The position numbers and the translations under genes were made by a program. The notes beneath the pieces are model-generated. The model saw only the letters and a program-made list of their open reading frames with translations. It was not told the origin of the DNA and did not search any database. From NCBI RefSeq assembly GCF_019059575.1, contig NW_024881729.1:544406-608405 (forward strand): a stretch of 64,000 bases of DNA, read 5' to 3'. Shown piece by piece: positions 11,678-24,700 of the stretch. This stretch comes from Amphibalanus amphitrite. Taxonomy: Eukaryota. Position 1 is the stretch's first letter; the number at the start of each line of letters is the position of its first letter.

Positions 11678-12106
11678 CTGGCGGTGCAGAAAAGTGAAAT
11701 GATAGGCTAGAATCGCTACCAGCCCGCGCCATTTAATCCACTCCACATTCTTAGGCATAGGTAACGATTTTTGCTGAACTGGAGGTGGCCAAGCTCTCCC
11801 AATTCAACTCCGGCTTGACTTTTTGAGCCATAACAGACGGTGCGGGTCAAGGTCACTGCTAGGGTCGCGGAGGATCTGTAGTGTACGGGCACCCGCAACT
11901 CAGCAGAAATCGACACTTATGTTTATAAGCATTCGCGACTCGCGGTGGTAGTCAGTTTTAGTTTCAGACAAGCACTGACCCTCGTATTATCTAAATAATA
12001 GAGCTAAGTAAGTCCATACATCAGTGTCAATCGACGCAGAAGTCACGCCCAAATCACGACTCTCTCCCCGCGCATCGTTATCTGCATCTCAGCACCCTGT
12101 ACGTAC

Positions 12107-12267
12107 CGCTGCCCTTCTGTCCCATCAGACTCCGACGCACGGCGTCCGAGCGTATAAAGGCGTCATAGAGCGCCAGTTGGCAGTCGGTGAGACGACAGGA
12201 CACCACCAGCTCCTGTTTCACCGGCAGGTACTTGGAGAGAATCGCTGCCGTGCGGCGGATGATACAC
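12107..12267 (-). CDS. RAD54L: RAD54-like, exon 8 ([28 protein letters not shown]..)
   Basis: CCCTCAG acceptor; G|GTACGT donor, phase 1. Confidence 0.8.
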
Positions 12268-12666
12268 CTGAGGGCAGCGACAGTTGCATGTCAGTCATGG
12301 TGAAAACGCTTCACTGATAGAGAAAATAAACCGGAAAATGGCTGATTGGTCGTTTGATGATTGACGGTTGATCCGATGTCAATGATCGTCGGGAAAATTG
12401 GGTAGATGCTCGAAGAGCGCCTTTTTGCTATCAGTCAACGAAATGAGCATAATACAACCCCAAAAGCCAAGCAGCTTCTGTAATTAGGATTCGATCCCAG
12501 ATATTTGTGTCAAGATGGTAAGATTACTGTGTCATAGCTACCATAACAGATGCAGAGAACTCATTTGATTTCTTTGAATAAGAATGCCTATCCTTTGAAA
12601 ACTGCTCGTAAGCCACCCCACCTAAAATATCCTTTCCTCTACCGACCGCCTCCCAGTCTCGCCCAC

Positions 12667-12803
12667 CTGTTGACGATAGACAGCAGCTCCTGGAGGCGCT
12701 CGTTGCCCTTCTTATGCTCGTCATCGGTGGCGTCAGCATCACGACCCCGCAGGATCGGCGTCTCGAACTTACGCTTAAACTCGCTCGCAGTGCCCAGAAT
12801 GCC
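12667..12803 (-). CDS. RAD54L: RAD54-like, exon 7 ([34 protein letters not shown])
   Basis: CCACAG acceptor; AG|GTGGGC donor, phase 2. Confidence 0.8.
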
Positions 12804-13053
12804 CTGTGGAGGGACGAAGAGGGTCGAGAGAGGTCGCTGTGAAAGGCTCCAACATGCGAGTGAGAATTGGAGATATCACCAGCCATATGCCGCGTCGGTC
12901 AGCCGTACTATGCTGTCGCCACTATGGTCGCCACACCCACTCACTGTCGCATTATGTTATCGCCGTTTGTTTATCGGGGTTTCGCCAAACCAAGAGCCAT
13001 CTGCTGCTCGTGACACATCAAGTGCAATATGCTGTCGCCACACCCAGCCTTAC

Positions 13054-13194
13054 CTCATTGACGAAGTGCACCAGACTGAAGTACTCGAGCAGATCGTTCT
13101 GGATGGGTGTGCCGGAGAGCAGGACACGCCGTCGGCAGTTGAGACTCATCAGTGCCGAGTACGTCTGGTTCTCGTGGTTTTTCAGACGGTGACC
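13054..13194 (-). CDS. RAD54L: RAD54-like, exon 6 ([37 protein letters not shown])
   Basis: SNF2 motifs II and III. AATAG acceptor; GAG|GTAAGG donor. Confidence 0.85.
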
Positions 13195-13445
13195 CTATTG
13201 TCAGGGAAGGGAGGAAGACACTGATCAGGCCATCATCCATCGATGTAAGACGATAAAATAAATTTGACATTTGCCACTACTACAAGAGCACCAGCCCTCT
13301 CACTAACCCACTCGACATCCCAATCTGACAATCACCAAATATCTCACCACCGTTCTCACTCCATTACAGAGTCCCAGCTCTTGCACCGACTCTCACATCC
13401 TGCCATCGACCCCTAGTCTCGCCAGTCCTCTCATCACCCTCTCAC

Positions 13446-13664
13446 CTCGTCACAGAGCACGAGTCCGATCTCTCCGCGGTGCAGCAGCGCCGCGTGGATG
13501 CGGAACGTCTCGTAGGAGATGATGAGGATGGGGTTGACGGGCCGGCGGCCGGTGCGCGTCATGAACCCCTCGAGCTGTCGGACCACCTCCGTCCGTCCGC
13601 CGCCGTCCATCGCCAGCGCCGAGACCCGGCCCGACAGCCACTTGCTGATCTCGTTGTACCAGTT
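13446..13664 (-). CDS. RAD54L: RAD54-like, exon 5 (NWYNEISKWL..ILIISYETFR..LVLCDE)
   Basis: Conserved RAD54 block ending in the DE of the DEGH box. CACCAG acceptor; GAG|GTGAGA donor. Confidence 0.85.
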
Positions 13665-13936
13665 CTGGTGGAAAACGCGGGCATAGAAAGACATCGTAAG
13701 GACATATTATGATAGGTGCAAAAACGTAATCACAACAGACTGGCATCACATTTGATACAGACGAGTCGCAAATGAAAAATGACCTGAGTTGGGCTTTCTA
13801 TAGCAAACTGACCGAAGCTCTGTTATAGGCAGAACATCTTCGAAAAGAACTAGGAACAGCCGATGAAAATCGTCACTAGCTATCTACCGGTACGTAATGC
13901 AGCATCTCGCGAGATCCACGTCGCCCTGCCACCGAC

Positions 13937-14131
13937 CTTGACCAGGCTGCTGGGTGTGACGACAATGCAGCGATCGATCTCGGGCCGGCAGTCGGGACTC
14001 TGTCGCAGCAGTGTCCACATGAGGGTGATGCACTGCAGCGTCTTGCCCAGACCCATCTCGTCGCCCATGATGCAGCCGAAGCTGCCCTCGATCCGGCGCC
14101 CGGTCACGCAGTCGTACATGAACTTGACGCC
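13937..14131 (-). CDS. RAD54L: RAD54-like, exon 4 (helicase motif I: [24 protein letters not shown])
   Basis: SNF2 ATP-binding motif almost identical to RAD54. CTCCAG acceptor; AAG|GTCGGT donor. Confidence 0.85.
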
Positions 14132-14387
14132 CTGGAGGAGACGGACAGGTGAACGTGATGCCGCGGGGATTGTTGTGAGCAGTAGGGCACGGCGATGAGC
14201 AGAAACAGATCATGCAGACAAATCCTATCATGGACAAAAGCTGACTCATGCTTTGTCACCGACGAACAGGCGGACAAACTTTATACGACCCCTAATAATT
14301 CCAGCCCTGTGAGGGATTGGGACGTAACGTACTTCCTTACAAAACCGACTCTGGGAGAGGGGGAGGAGAGAAGACAGGGCGACTCAC

Positions 14388-14457
14388 CTCCCGCTGATGG
14401 GGCCGCAGCACATTACTTAGCGCCGGATCCACCACCACGTGTACCAGCTGCTTGTCA
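14388..14457 (-). CDS. RAD54L: RAD54-like, exon 3 (DKQLVHVVVDPALSNVLRPHQRE)
   Basis: TTTCAG acceptor and GTGAGT donor. The phase joins to exon 2. Confidence 0.75.
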
Positions 14458-14772
14458 CTGAAACAGGGGGCGGGCACGCACAATTCAGCAGCAGAGTTCA
14501 GCAGTGCACATTCGGAAAAATTGCAAAACTCCAAAATGCTATCGTAAAAAAACTGGAATGAAATGATTGTATAAAAAAAGAGACAGGAAGGGTATGTGTA
14601 ACTGAATCAACGAGGTCAAAACGAGTGATTGCCCCATCACTCCAAAAGTGACTCAGGCAGAGTTAAGTACGAGTCAGCCATCAACATTCTCTTTTGAATA
14701 GGAGCTCATGACCCAGACTAGTTTCCCCTTTCCGGCTTCCCCAGCCCCGACCTCTCCCTCCCCATCACTGAC

Positions 14773-14972
14773 GCCTGCATGGTGAGCTGCTCGTGTTGGC
14801 TGAGCTGCGGCGGACTGTAGAGCACCAGCGCGCCCGGCTCGTCGGGGTCGTGCAGCGGCTGACGCGCACCCGTGCGCCGCACCCCCAGTCGGCGGTCCGC
14901 CAGTCGCGCGCCGTTGTAACTCGGGATCGGGATCTTGAACGGTCGAGACAGGATCTGACGCAGACGGGCCTC
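14773..14972 (-). CDS. RAD54L: RAD54-like, exon 2 (ILSRPFKIPIPSYNG..LHDPDEPGALVLY)
   Basis: Strong similarity to the RAD54 N-terminal region. CTCCAG acceptor; GC|GTCAGT donor, phase 2. Confidence 0.75.
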
Positions 14973-15296
14973 CTGGAGACAGAGTGGGAACATTGAGCAG
15001 TGAGAGGGCGATGTGGGGTGTCTCACCCGTCCGTTGGGACAGGATGGGTGTGTACCTTTACAGACGTCCATGCAGCAAACCGTAGCTACGGTGTGCTGCC
15101 GTGTGCTACGCGTAGCTTTGGTCCGGCGGCGCTAAACATCGCGTCCGGGACCAGTCGCCGACTCACATACGGAGAAGGGCCCGGTGGACGATTCAGATAA
15201 TCGGTGACTCACCGTGTCCCAGACACGTCAAGCAAGCGACTGACGTTTAATTAACATACGGGTTTAGTGTGTTACGGTTCCGCGAGGGCGACTCAC

Positions 15297-15521
15297 ATAG
15301 TCAGAGACGGGTCCGGTGGGCGACGCGCCGAGCGGCACGTTAATGGGCTGCAGCGGGGAGCGGACCACGGCGGCGCCATCCTCTTCCAGCGCCGGCTGCT
15401 TCCTGCCAGATGCCCGGGAGCAGGACTCGTCCGAGCGCCGCTTCAGCGCCGAGAACTGACTCGGCGCCAGACTCCGACGCTGCAGAGAGCGGGCATCGGT
15501 GTCAGCTAATACATGAAGCAT
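15297..15521 (-). CDS. RAD54L: RAD54-like, exon 1 (..RRSLAPSQFSALKRR..; true start may lie at 15521, 15554 or in an upstream exon)
   Basis: The RRSLAPSQ N-terminus is conserved with vertebrate RAD54. The GTGAGT donor (plus-strand actcac) is at 15291-15296. Confidence 0.6.
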
Positions 15522-16834
15522 AACTAAAAATGACCCTACTCTGGTATTGACCATGATTTGAATGTATATATTGCATGAGCACAGGCCACAACAGCTGTGG
15601 GGCTGATGGACTCTCTAAATTCTGAAAGACAAAAGGCTTTTGAAAGCCACACATGAAAAAGCATTTGCCATTCTCACATGCTAATATTATGAGCATGGAC
15701 TATGGAGCTGGCATTACCATCACCTGCAGTTAAAATTGATGTTATATGCATGCTTACAATCTAAGCATCACTCATTGATCCCCATCAAACAATAAATCTA
15801 GGCAGCTTTTATGATAAACAAGGTAACCTGAGAACATTCAAGGTGGTGAACATGCCTAATACAATAGTAGCAGGACAAGTAATTTTATTTACAAGAAGAA
15901 ACTTACCATTTCTAAGTGAATATATCAAGTAGCAACTGGTGCAAAATACAGAAGTTCTAGTGTATCTAACACAGCAATTTGAATTCTTTCTTCCTCTTAC
16001 ATTAATCTTATCCATTCAATTATTGCACCTCAGCTTGACATCCTCTAAGAATGAAATGCCACAAGTTATCTGCAAATGCAATTAAAATAATGCCTTAGTC
16101 TTGCACACATGAAAATGTGCAGCATTTAGAAGAAAGCAGATAATCATAAAAAGATAATAAGCACCCAACAAATGGCTGGATCATGACTGGGTCACATAAA
16201 AGCAAATAGAAATACCTAGCTTTACTTTATAAACTTTTAGCACTTTTTTGGGACAGAACCAAAGCAAAAGGGCACCAAGAATTAAGTAAAAAAAAAACCT
16301 GTGACATTGGAACAAACACAGTGTCAATATCAATCAATATTTGGTCATCACAAGTCAAAACTGTTGAGCCCCATGATTGTGATTGAGTGTTATCACCTGG
16401 CTATCTGTATCAGGCCATCTGTTTATTTCTTTCAGCATATATACTTAATACTGCACAAAGGTCGACCTTTGTCTCTTAGATCCTTGGATCCTCTTAGATC
16501 TCTTAGATCAAGATCCCTTGTCAAACTTAGATCCTGTTATCTAAGTTGAAATGCCTACTCTCCCTTGACTAATGCACTGATCAATTTGGGATGATTGGAT
16601 TGTAATTTAATAATGCTAATCAAATTCATTCATTTTGAAAAATGTGATGCAACTAGGGCTTATCTTATGATCTTATCCAAACAACGCGGCTATTTGCCTT
16701 GTCTTGGTCTCGAGATAGGAATAGGTATAGGTATAGGTTCAGTGGACTAGGATTAGACGATGGTCTATTTGATGTCCACATCGGTCATGGGTGGAGGCAA
16801 TTACTCAGGAATGGTTGATTGTCATGATCATATG

Positions 16835-17117
16835 CAGGGCTGCGGAGTCGGAGTCGGAGTCGGAGTCGGTCGGAGTCGACAGTTGTGACCAGAGTCGGAG
16901 TCGGAGTCGGAGTCGATTTTAGAAACCCGAGCCGGAGTCGGAGTCACCGAAAATCTGTCGACTCCGCAGCCCTGCTAGGTCTGCAGAGTCGGAGTTGGGA
17001 GTTGGAGTCGGTCGGAGTTGACAATTCTGCCCGGAGTCGGAGTCGGAGTCGGAGCTGGTTTTTGAAAGCCGGAGTCGGAGTCGGAGTCGCCGAAAATCCA
17101 TCGACTCCGCAGCCCTG
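16835..17117. mobile_element. Two adjacent palindromic MITE-like units (16835-16974 and 16981-17117) of the same family, (GGAGTC)n arrays between CAGGGCTGCGGAGTCG TIRs
   Basis: Unit 1 starts CAGGGCTGCGGAGTCGGAGTCGG and ends CGACTCCGCAGCCCTG. Unit 2 is a near-duplicate. Confidence 0.55.
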
Positions 17118-17998
17118 ATCATATGTCATCACAGAAACAGCTTAAAGCCTTTGCTGAAGGTACTAGGCACATAAATAACATAGCACAATAACAATAATAT
17201 AAGAAAGGATACAGATCAATAACTATATCAATATAGTGCATTTATTATCAACAAATTACACAATTGCAAATATCAAAATGTGTGTGTTGTGTGCGCATCC
17301 TCAGCGGGAAAATTTATACGACCATGGCGCATTAGTTTAGAAATCGCGCCAATCACGATAATATAAGCCTTTGTAAATGACGTATTACTTAAAAGTTATT
17401 TCTTTGGAAAGTTAAAAATCATGGAATAGATATGCTTTGCTTTGCTTATTTTGCCAAAAAGAGCTTGGTTTATGATATCTTATGCTTAATTGTTTAAAAA
17501 ACGTTGAAATGGCAAAGGTAGCAAGGCAAATGAGATGTTTAAGGATCAGCATGCATTTTTTTAAAACTGTTATCAATTTAAGCCTGCCTACAGTTTTAAA
17601 TTTTTCTTAAGAAGTCAAATATTTTAGTCAGCTTTAAATCAACTTTATCGTTTATATAGCCTCGATGCTGTTTACACAGTCTTGTACCAAACTCTATGTG
17701 ACGTCATATCAGATCAAAACAAGATCGAGCCTATGACGTCATATTTATTCTGTAGTTTATTTGGAACACTGCATTGTATTCGGCCCTGAGCGCTCACACA
17801 TTTTTTGTCTTTTCAAAGAGAGAAAAAAGAGTGGGAGGGGACGTACTAGACACTGCCGGATATTTATATTTTCCATTAAATATGCATAATGCATTAATGG
17901 TGTTTTCCCTCATTTCGTCTTTGTTTTCTTCGACGAAATAACGATGACGACGGAGGCTGACTGCTGAGGCGTCCTACACTCGCTCTGCGGCTGGTGAG

Positions 17999-18093
17999 TA
18001 GATATCAGTTGGGCAAACTAGGCGGCGGGAATCAAAATATGGAGGCATCAAAATATTGATTCTAGTGGGCGGAGCTTTGACCATATATGGGCA
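17999..18093 (+). repeat. 95-bp perfect inverted repeat, left copy; partner at 21508-21602; contains the palindromic 18-mer GAATCAAAATATTGATTC
   Basis: ATATCAGTTGGGCAAACTAGGCGGCGGGAATCAAAATATGGAGGCATCAAAATATTGATTCTAGTGGGCGGAGCTTTGACCATATATGGGCATA recurs as its reverse complement 3.5 kb downstream. Further GAATCAATATTTTGATTC-like motifs lie at 18240-18360. Confidence 0.85.
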
Positions 18094-18539
18094 TACGTGC
18101 AGACCATCACAGAAACGTCAATTCTTCAGCAACCGGCTATAATTTCAAGATAGTTTCTTCACAAAATGTAGAACAACGTTGAAGCTACCCGCCAGGCACG
18201 AAACAATAGCCCTAACCTCTTCGGTTAGTTTAGGAAAGCGTCTTGAAAATAATCAAGATATTGATTCATCACGGCGGCTAATCCCGGCGAGAATCAATAT
18301 TTTGATTCCGCAAACAGCTGGCTAATCATTATTTTGATTCTGAAATCAGCTGGTTTATCAATATATTGATTCTGCGAACTGACTTTCTGCAGACGTACTT
18401 CACTCTTCAAATTGACTTATGGAATGTTTCTTGTGTGCAAATAATGCAAATTCAATAAATTCATGAAGATATTATCAGCACAGGATCGTGTAATTTTTTC
18501 TAGACCTTATTCCCACGGTAGACCAGGGATTTTCAGCAC

Positions 18540-18739
18540 TCACCCTAGCTCCCTGCTCAAAGCTGCAAGCCTTCGAGGGAATGCGTCAAGGGAGCCGTGC
18601 TGACCTTTGTATAGGGGTTGTACTGAGTCGGAGCCGGAACCGAAGCCCGACCATTTTACTCGGAGCCGGAGCCGGAGCTGGAGCCGATTTTTCCTCCGGA
18701 GCCGAAGCCGTCTAACATTTTCACGACTCCACATCCCTG
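18540..18739 (-). repeat. Inverted partial copy of the GGCTCC-array element (compare 392-565)
   Basis: The reverse complement begins GCAGGGATGTGGAGTCG..(GGCTCC)n..GAGTAAAATGGTCGGGCTTCGG..TACTCAGTACAACCCCTATACAA. Confidence 0.6.
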
Positions 18740-21507
18740 CTTTGTAGCATTGATTTTGAGTAAAAAAAAGTTCACTTATCGTCTTTCACGTGTTCATGAA
18801 TGTGTTTCTACGCATCTGTATCCCGTCCCATTTCTGTGGAGTACAGTAAGAGATATTTCGCCGAACAATATACTCCTCAAGCCCGTTGCACAAATTGCAC
18901 AATTTGAATGAAAATATGATACACGGATGTATTTGCAGTCGCAAATAATACGATGATATTCATAACACATTTCACAACGATCCCTGCAATTGCCACACAT
19001 TTGCCATCACAAAGCCCTGTCGTTGATGCTCACATCCCATGCAAAGCAATACTCACTTTTAGGACACGTCTCTTATTCAATATGGCTACGTATTTGCAAA
19101 ACATGCAGTTAATAATATTTAAAACTGAGACCTAACCAATAAGACATACCGTGGACAGGTAAGAAAAAACAAATAAACTTCTGGAGAATGACTTCAACGT
19201 CTCGATGTTGCCTAATTACAAAGAGCAATTTCCGGTTTCGAATCAAATACATGAAATAAATATAAACAAAATTTGTACAGATACACTCAATATAGGGTTT
19301 ATGATTAGCACGGCTACCTAACACATCAATCCTGTCAGGTTGAGCCACTTATGTCCACACCCAAAGCAGGTCGCTTTGGAACATCACAAGATTCCATATT
19401 ACCACCGAAAACGGTCACCAATTGGTCTACGGATCAGCATCTTCAGAACATTCTCGACCGAAAAACTATCAGTCCTGCCTGTGTTTTGGTTCGCTTCATT
19501 TGGGCTATGCACACGTTTTTCTACTCCGGTTCTAGGGACGAGATAGCAGTCATCACGCGCTGCACCAGCTCGTTCTTTGACAGGTTGGTGACGCTGTCGT
19601 CATCCGGCAGGATAAACACGTGGCGCATTTCACCCTCGGCCCCGCCAGCCACATACACACTTCCTCACGTCATATTGTTTCTCGCCACGAGATCAAAGTT
19701 CAAAAAGTCGTGATGTAGGTAGTCTCCACCCAGCCCGAGTCAGGTACTCCACCGGTTGGTCGGGTGCGGCCAGGTCCGCGCAACGCCGCCCTACTTCGGT
19801 CGACGCTCTGGTTGACAGGGATGGCGTTGTCATACAGTTGCCTGTCGACTGAACAGCGATTCAAGACGCCATCCTTGACCCTCTGAAGCCAATCCCCGCA
19901 ACGACCAGTGTTTGATCATTGGTTGACCTGCAGCAAACAACAGAACACAATAATTAGGACATTTGTGGACAATAAATTAGGAAACTATATGTGTTATTAT
20001 TCTACTTGTTCAGCAACTATTAATTTTAGAATATATTCAATAAAAAATTAATTAAAAAATTAAATAATGTCACTTAAATTTCCACTGAACGCCACCAGGT
20101 GCGCCAACAACTGTCATCTCATGCAGTTATATAAATTCTGCCAAAAAAGTATATCTGAGGCCAGTTGTACCAACAGAAAAATAGGTGGCTGCTGGATTTT
20201 TTTTTTGTCTAAAAGTTACTTCACATACAGAGCATGAACGGTACAGCCTTATCCGTTTACGTGCCCATCATGTTAACGCTCCATATGTGAAGCAGTCTTT
20301 GGGCAAAAAAATTCCAGCAGGCAGCTATTTGTGTCGATAAAACTGGCCTCTATAATTAACTTTGGCATGGACAATCCTGAAAATTAACTATCCAGCATTC
20401 CCTGGACTGACATACATTAGACGCATAATTTTCTTGAAGACTACGCATAATGTAAATATGGCTTACACCATTCAGCAACTTGCTTTTGTTACACTTAAAA
20501 TAAGCATCATTAAATATGTAGCAAAAATGGGCGAAGCAATTACAAGCCAAGCATACATACCTACTATTTAAATAAGGCAAACACCAACATGCACTAAGAC
20601 CTTTCAATCTTAAATCGGAACAAGTCAATAACCTAGTTGCCCTTAAAAAATTTAAATGCTACAAATTAAAGTTGTAGCAACAATTGGGTGAGTGAGACAC
20701 AAGCAGAGGCTAAAACATCCAAATTATGTAAAATACTGGACATGCACTGCCCCCATTTCATGAGTCCACCCAACAATTCTATCATGTGAGACAAAACATC
20801 AGGCTTCTTGTAACTAATTTATACCGTAACTTTTAAAGGACATCATATTTCACTGAAATACTACACCTAAGACATCATTTTCGAAAAAATATAGCTTAAA
20901 AAGACAATAGAAGAGTGAGAAGGCGTCCCGCGCCGCTGATGTCGCTACCGCGCCATGTTCCTAAAACCATCTCTTAAAACGAGTTTTTGGTAAGAAACGT
21001 TAAGATCACATGCCTGAAATTGAAAAACACACTTCAAAGTATCTTAAAATATGATCCATTGTTACTTACACTTCAGAAAAGGTCGCTTAAACAAAATAAA
21101 ACCGGGAGCACTACGTTGCATCCAAACACCCACGACGCCGGCGCGAAATGGCGGGAACCGGAAATCGTGGCTAGATACAAAGAAAAAGAATATTTCTTAT
21201 AAATGAATTATACAACTAAATAACGCATTTTTCATTTTCTTTTAGACAAAATTATGAAAAAAATACAAAGGCTCGTCGTTAATGATAAACAGAGCAAGTT
21301 TTAACAGCACGTTTTTGTTGAATTATGGCGGCGAAATCTTTATGCCATTCGTAAAGGTACGCGCGACAAACGGCTGATAGCCATGCAGCGAAAAATTGAA
21401 GCGGGGAAGTTTTTTGTGTTGACTTGTCAAAAAATCTCGCCGTCATGGGGGTTTTTTCCGCCGTAACGGGTCGTCTGAAGGTGGGAATGTCCCAAATTGA
21501 ATCAAAA

Positions 21508-21602
21508 TATTGATTCTATGCCCATATATGGTCAAAGCTCCGCCCACTAGAATCAATATTTTGATGCCTCCATATTTTGATTCCCGCCGCCTAGTTTGCC
21601 CA
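21508..21602 (-). repeat. 95-bp inverted repeat, right copy
   Basis: Perfect reverse complement of 17999-18093. Confidence 0.85.
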
Positions 21603-21779
21603 ACTGATATGGCGATTGGCGTCTATTTCAATTTTGATTTTAACCAATGACATTTTCAGTGTTAAGTGTGAATTGATAATTGTGGGCACACACTATTAAA
21701 TGTGAAGATGAAGTCCAAGTAGATAAAAATCTAACGACTGGTCAGAGGTGCTGACGTATCCTAGCATTTTCGGTACCTA

Positions 21780-24700
21780 TCGGTAAAGCTGGCGTCACCG
21801 TCGGCGGTAGGTAGGTAGGTTATGTTGTGGGTTCAGTAGGTGGAACTATGGTCATGAGTACCCAAATATAGGAACGTTCCCATTTTTGGGAACGGAGTTC
21901 CCAAATATGGGAACGGGCGTTCCCATTTATGAGAACGGAAGTTAATTTTTCGGCCGTTCGCCCACTAAAACTCATTAGTGCATCACGTCTCAAAAAAGTG
22001 CACGCTAATTTAAGTATCTACTAAGTCGATTCCAGGACAAATCTTCGTATGGCATTTCTTCGTCGCGCAATTCTTCGTCCGCATTTCTTCGTCCGCAAAT
22101 CTTCGTCGGCGCATTTATTCGTGTCGCATAACTTCGTCTCGCATTTCTTAGTAAGCGCAAATATTCGTAGCGCATTTTTTCGTATCCGCATTTCTTCGTA
22201 CGCGCATTTCTTCGTCAAGCATTTTTTCGTCCACGCATTTCTTCGTCTACGCAAATCTTCGTCCGCATTTCTTCGTCCACGCAAATCTTCGTCTGCGCAT
22301 ATCTTCGTCCGCAAATCTTCGTCCCCGCAAATCTTCGTCCGCAAATCTTCGTCCACATTTTTTCGTCCACGCATTTCTTCGTCTACGCAAATCTTCGTCC
22401 GCATTTCTTCGTCCACGCAAATCTTCGTCCCGGCAAATCTTCGTCCGCAAATCTTCGTCCGCAAAACTTCGTCCGCAAATCTTCGTCTGCAAATCTTCGT
22501 CCGCATTTTTCGTCCACGCATTTCTTCGTCCACGCAAATCTTCGTCCGCAAATCTTTGTCTGCGCATATTTTCGTCCGCAAACCTTTGTCTCCGCTATCT
22601 TCGTCTCCGCAAACATTCGTCCACAAATGTGGTTCAATAAAACCATGAAGAAATATCAGACCATCAAGTGATTGACGAATTTAATGCATGGAATGGATGA
22701 TCGAAACTTTTGAAGTCAGGTAGATGAGGTCTGTCAGGTGAAGCTATTGTATTTGGGAGCCGAGAATTGAAACATTCCATATCATTTGTGTCCCGGACAT
22801 TCTTTTTTCGCGGTCGATGAATGACAATACAATCTCTTGTACCCTCGCCGGCATAGGCGGCGGAACGGGGAGGGCACCGGGGCACCGTTCCCCTCTTTAA
22901 TTTGGCCTTTTAACAGTAGCCCTATGGGCGTTGCATGGAAAGAATGGGACTAAAAGTCGGCAGTGCCAAGCCCCCCCCCCCCCCTAATTGAATGTGTTCC
23001 GCCGCTACTGCTCGCCGGACCTATTTGTTTTCTACATATACGCCGGCCGAGGGGGGGGGGGCGGGCACGACCCCCCCCCCCTTCCCCCCATCGCCGTTTC
23101 GCCACTGGTGGAGCTAGCGCGTCGCGGAAAAAAACGAGCGTGTGCGCCGTTACGAGACGCAGAGATTAATACCCGATTTTAAGGCCTTCTAGGTCAGGGG
23201 TCGGCTTACGGCCCGCGGGCCGGATCCGGCCAGGAGGGTGACGGTTCGATCCGGCCCGCGACCATCTGACGTCCGGCCCGCGGCTGGTATCATCGACTTA
23301 CATCGTGTTCCGGCCCGCGGTTCCTTCAGAAATCGACTCCGATATAAAAGTGACTTAAATGTGCTTTGGCACAATAGTTCTTCCTTCGCACACTTCATGA
23401 GTTTATAAACACCATTTGCGGGTGTTTTTGTCTAATTCTACTTCTAGACAAAACTTGCGCGGGCCGGACGTCAGATGGTCGCGGGCCGGATCCAACCGTC
23501 ACCCTCCTGGCCGGATCCGGCCCGCGGGCTGTAAGCCGACCCCTGACCTAGAAGGCCTTAAAATCGGGTATTAACCTCTGCGTCTCGTAACGGCGCACAC
23601 GCTCGTTTTTTCCGCGACGCGCTAGCTCCACCAGTGGCGAAACGGCGATGGGGGGGGGGGGGGTCGTACCCGCCCCCCTCGGCCGGCGTATATGTAGAAA
23701 ACAAATAGGTCCGGCGAGCAGTAGCGGCGGAACACATTCAATTAGGGGGGGGGGGGGCACGGCACTGCCGACTTTTAGTCCCATTCTTTCCATGCAACGC
23801 CCATAGGGCTACTGTTAAAAGGCCAAAATTAAAGAGGGGAACGGTGCCCCGGTGCCCTCCCCGTTCCGCCGCCTATGCCGGCGAGGGTACAAGAGATTGT
23901 ATTGTCATTCATCGACCGCGAAAAAAGAATGTCCGGGACACATGATATGGAATGTTTCAATTCTCGGCTCCCAAATACAATAGCTTCACCGGACAGACCC
24001 CATCTACCTGACTTCAAAAGTTTCGATCATCCATTCCATGCATTAAATTCGTCAATCACTTGATGGTCTGATATTTCTTCATGGTTTTATTGAACCACAT
24101 TTGTGGACGAATGTTTGCGGAGACGAAGATAGCGGAGACAAAGGTTTGCGGACGAAAATATGCGCAGACAAAGATTTGCGGACGAAGATTTGCGTGGACG
24201 AAGAAATGCGTGGACGAAAAATGCGGACGAAGATTTGCGGACGAAGATTTGCGGACGAAGTTTGGCGGACGAAGATTTGCGGACGAAGATTTGCCGGGAC
24301 GAAGATTTGCTGGACGAAGAAATGCGGACGAAGATTTGCGTAGACGAAGAAATGCGTGGACGAAAAAATGCGGACGAAGATTTGCGGACGAAGATTTGCG
24401 GGGACGAAGATTTGCGGACGAAGATATGCGCAGACGAAGATTTGCGTGGACGAAGAAATGCGGACGAAGATTTGCGTAGACGAAGAAATGCGTGGACGAA
24501 AAAATGCTTGACGAAGAAATGCGCGTACGAAGAAATGCGGATACGAAAAAATGCGCTACGAATATTTGCGCTTACGAAGAAATGCGAGACGAAGTTATGC
24601 GACACGAATAAATGCGCCGACGAAGATTTGCGGACGAAGAAATGCGGACGAGGAATTGCGCGACGAAGAATTGCCATACGAAGATTTGTCCGGTTACGTA

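Noticed and set aside
19351-19900. Short ORF-like stretch on the minus strand (..GAEGEMRHVFILPDDDSVTNLSKNELVQRVMTAISSLEPE*) that reads like protein
   Set aside because: It is isolated, about 40 aa, with no flanking splice sites or extended frame. It is possibly a relic fragment, so I did not annotate it.
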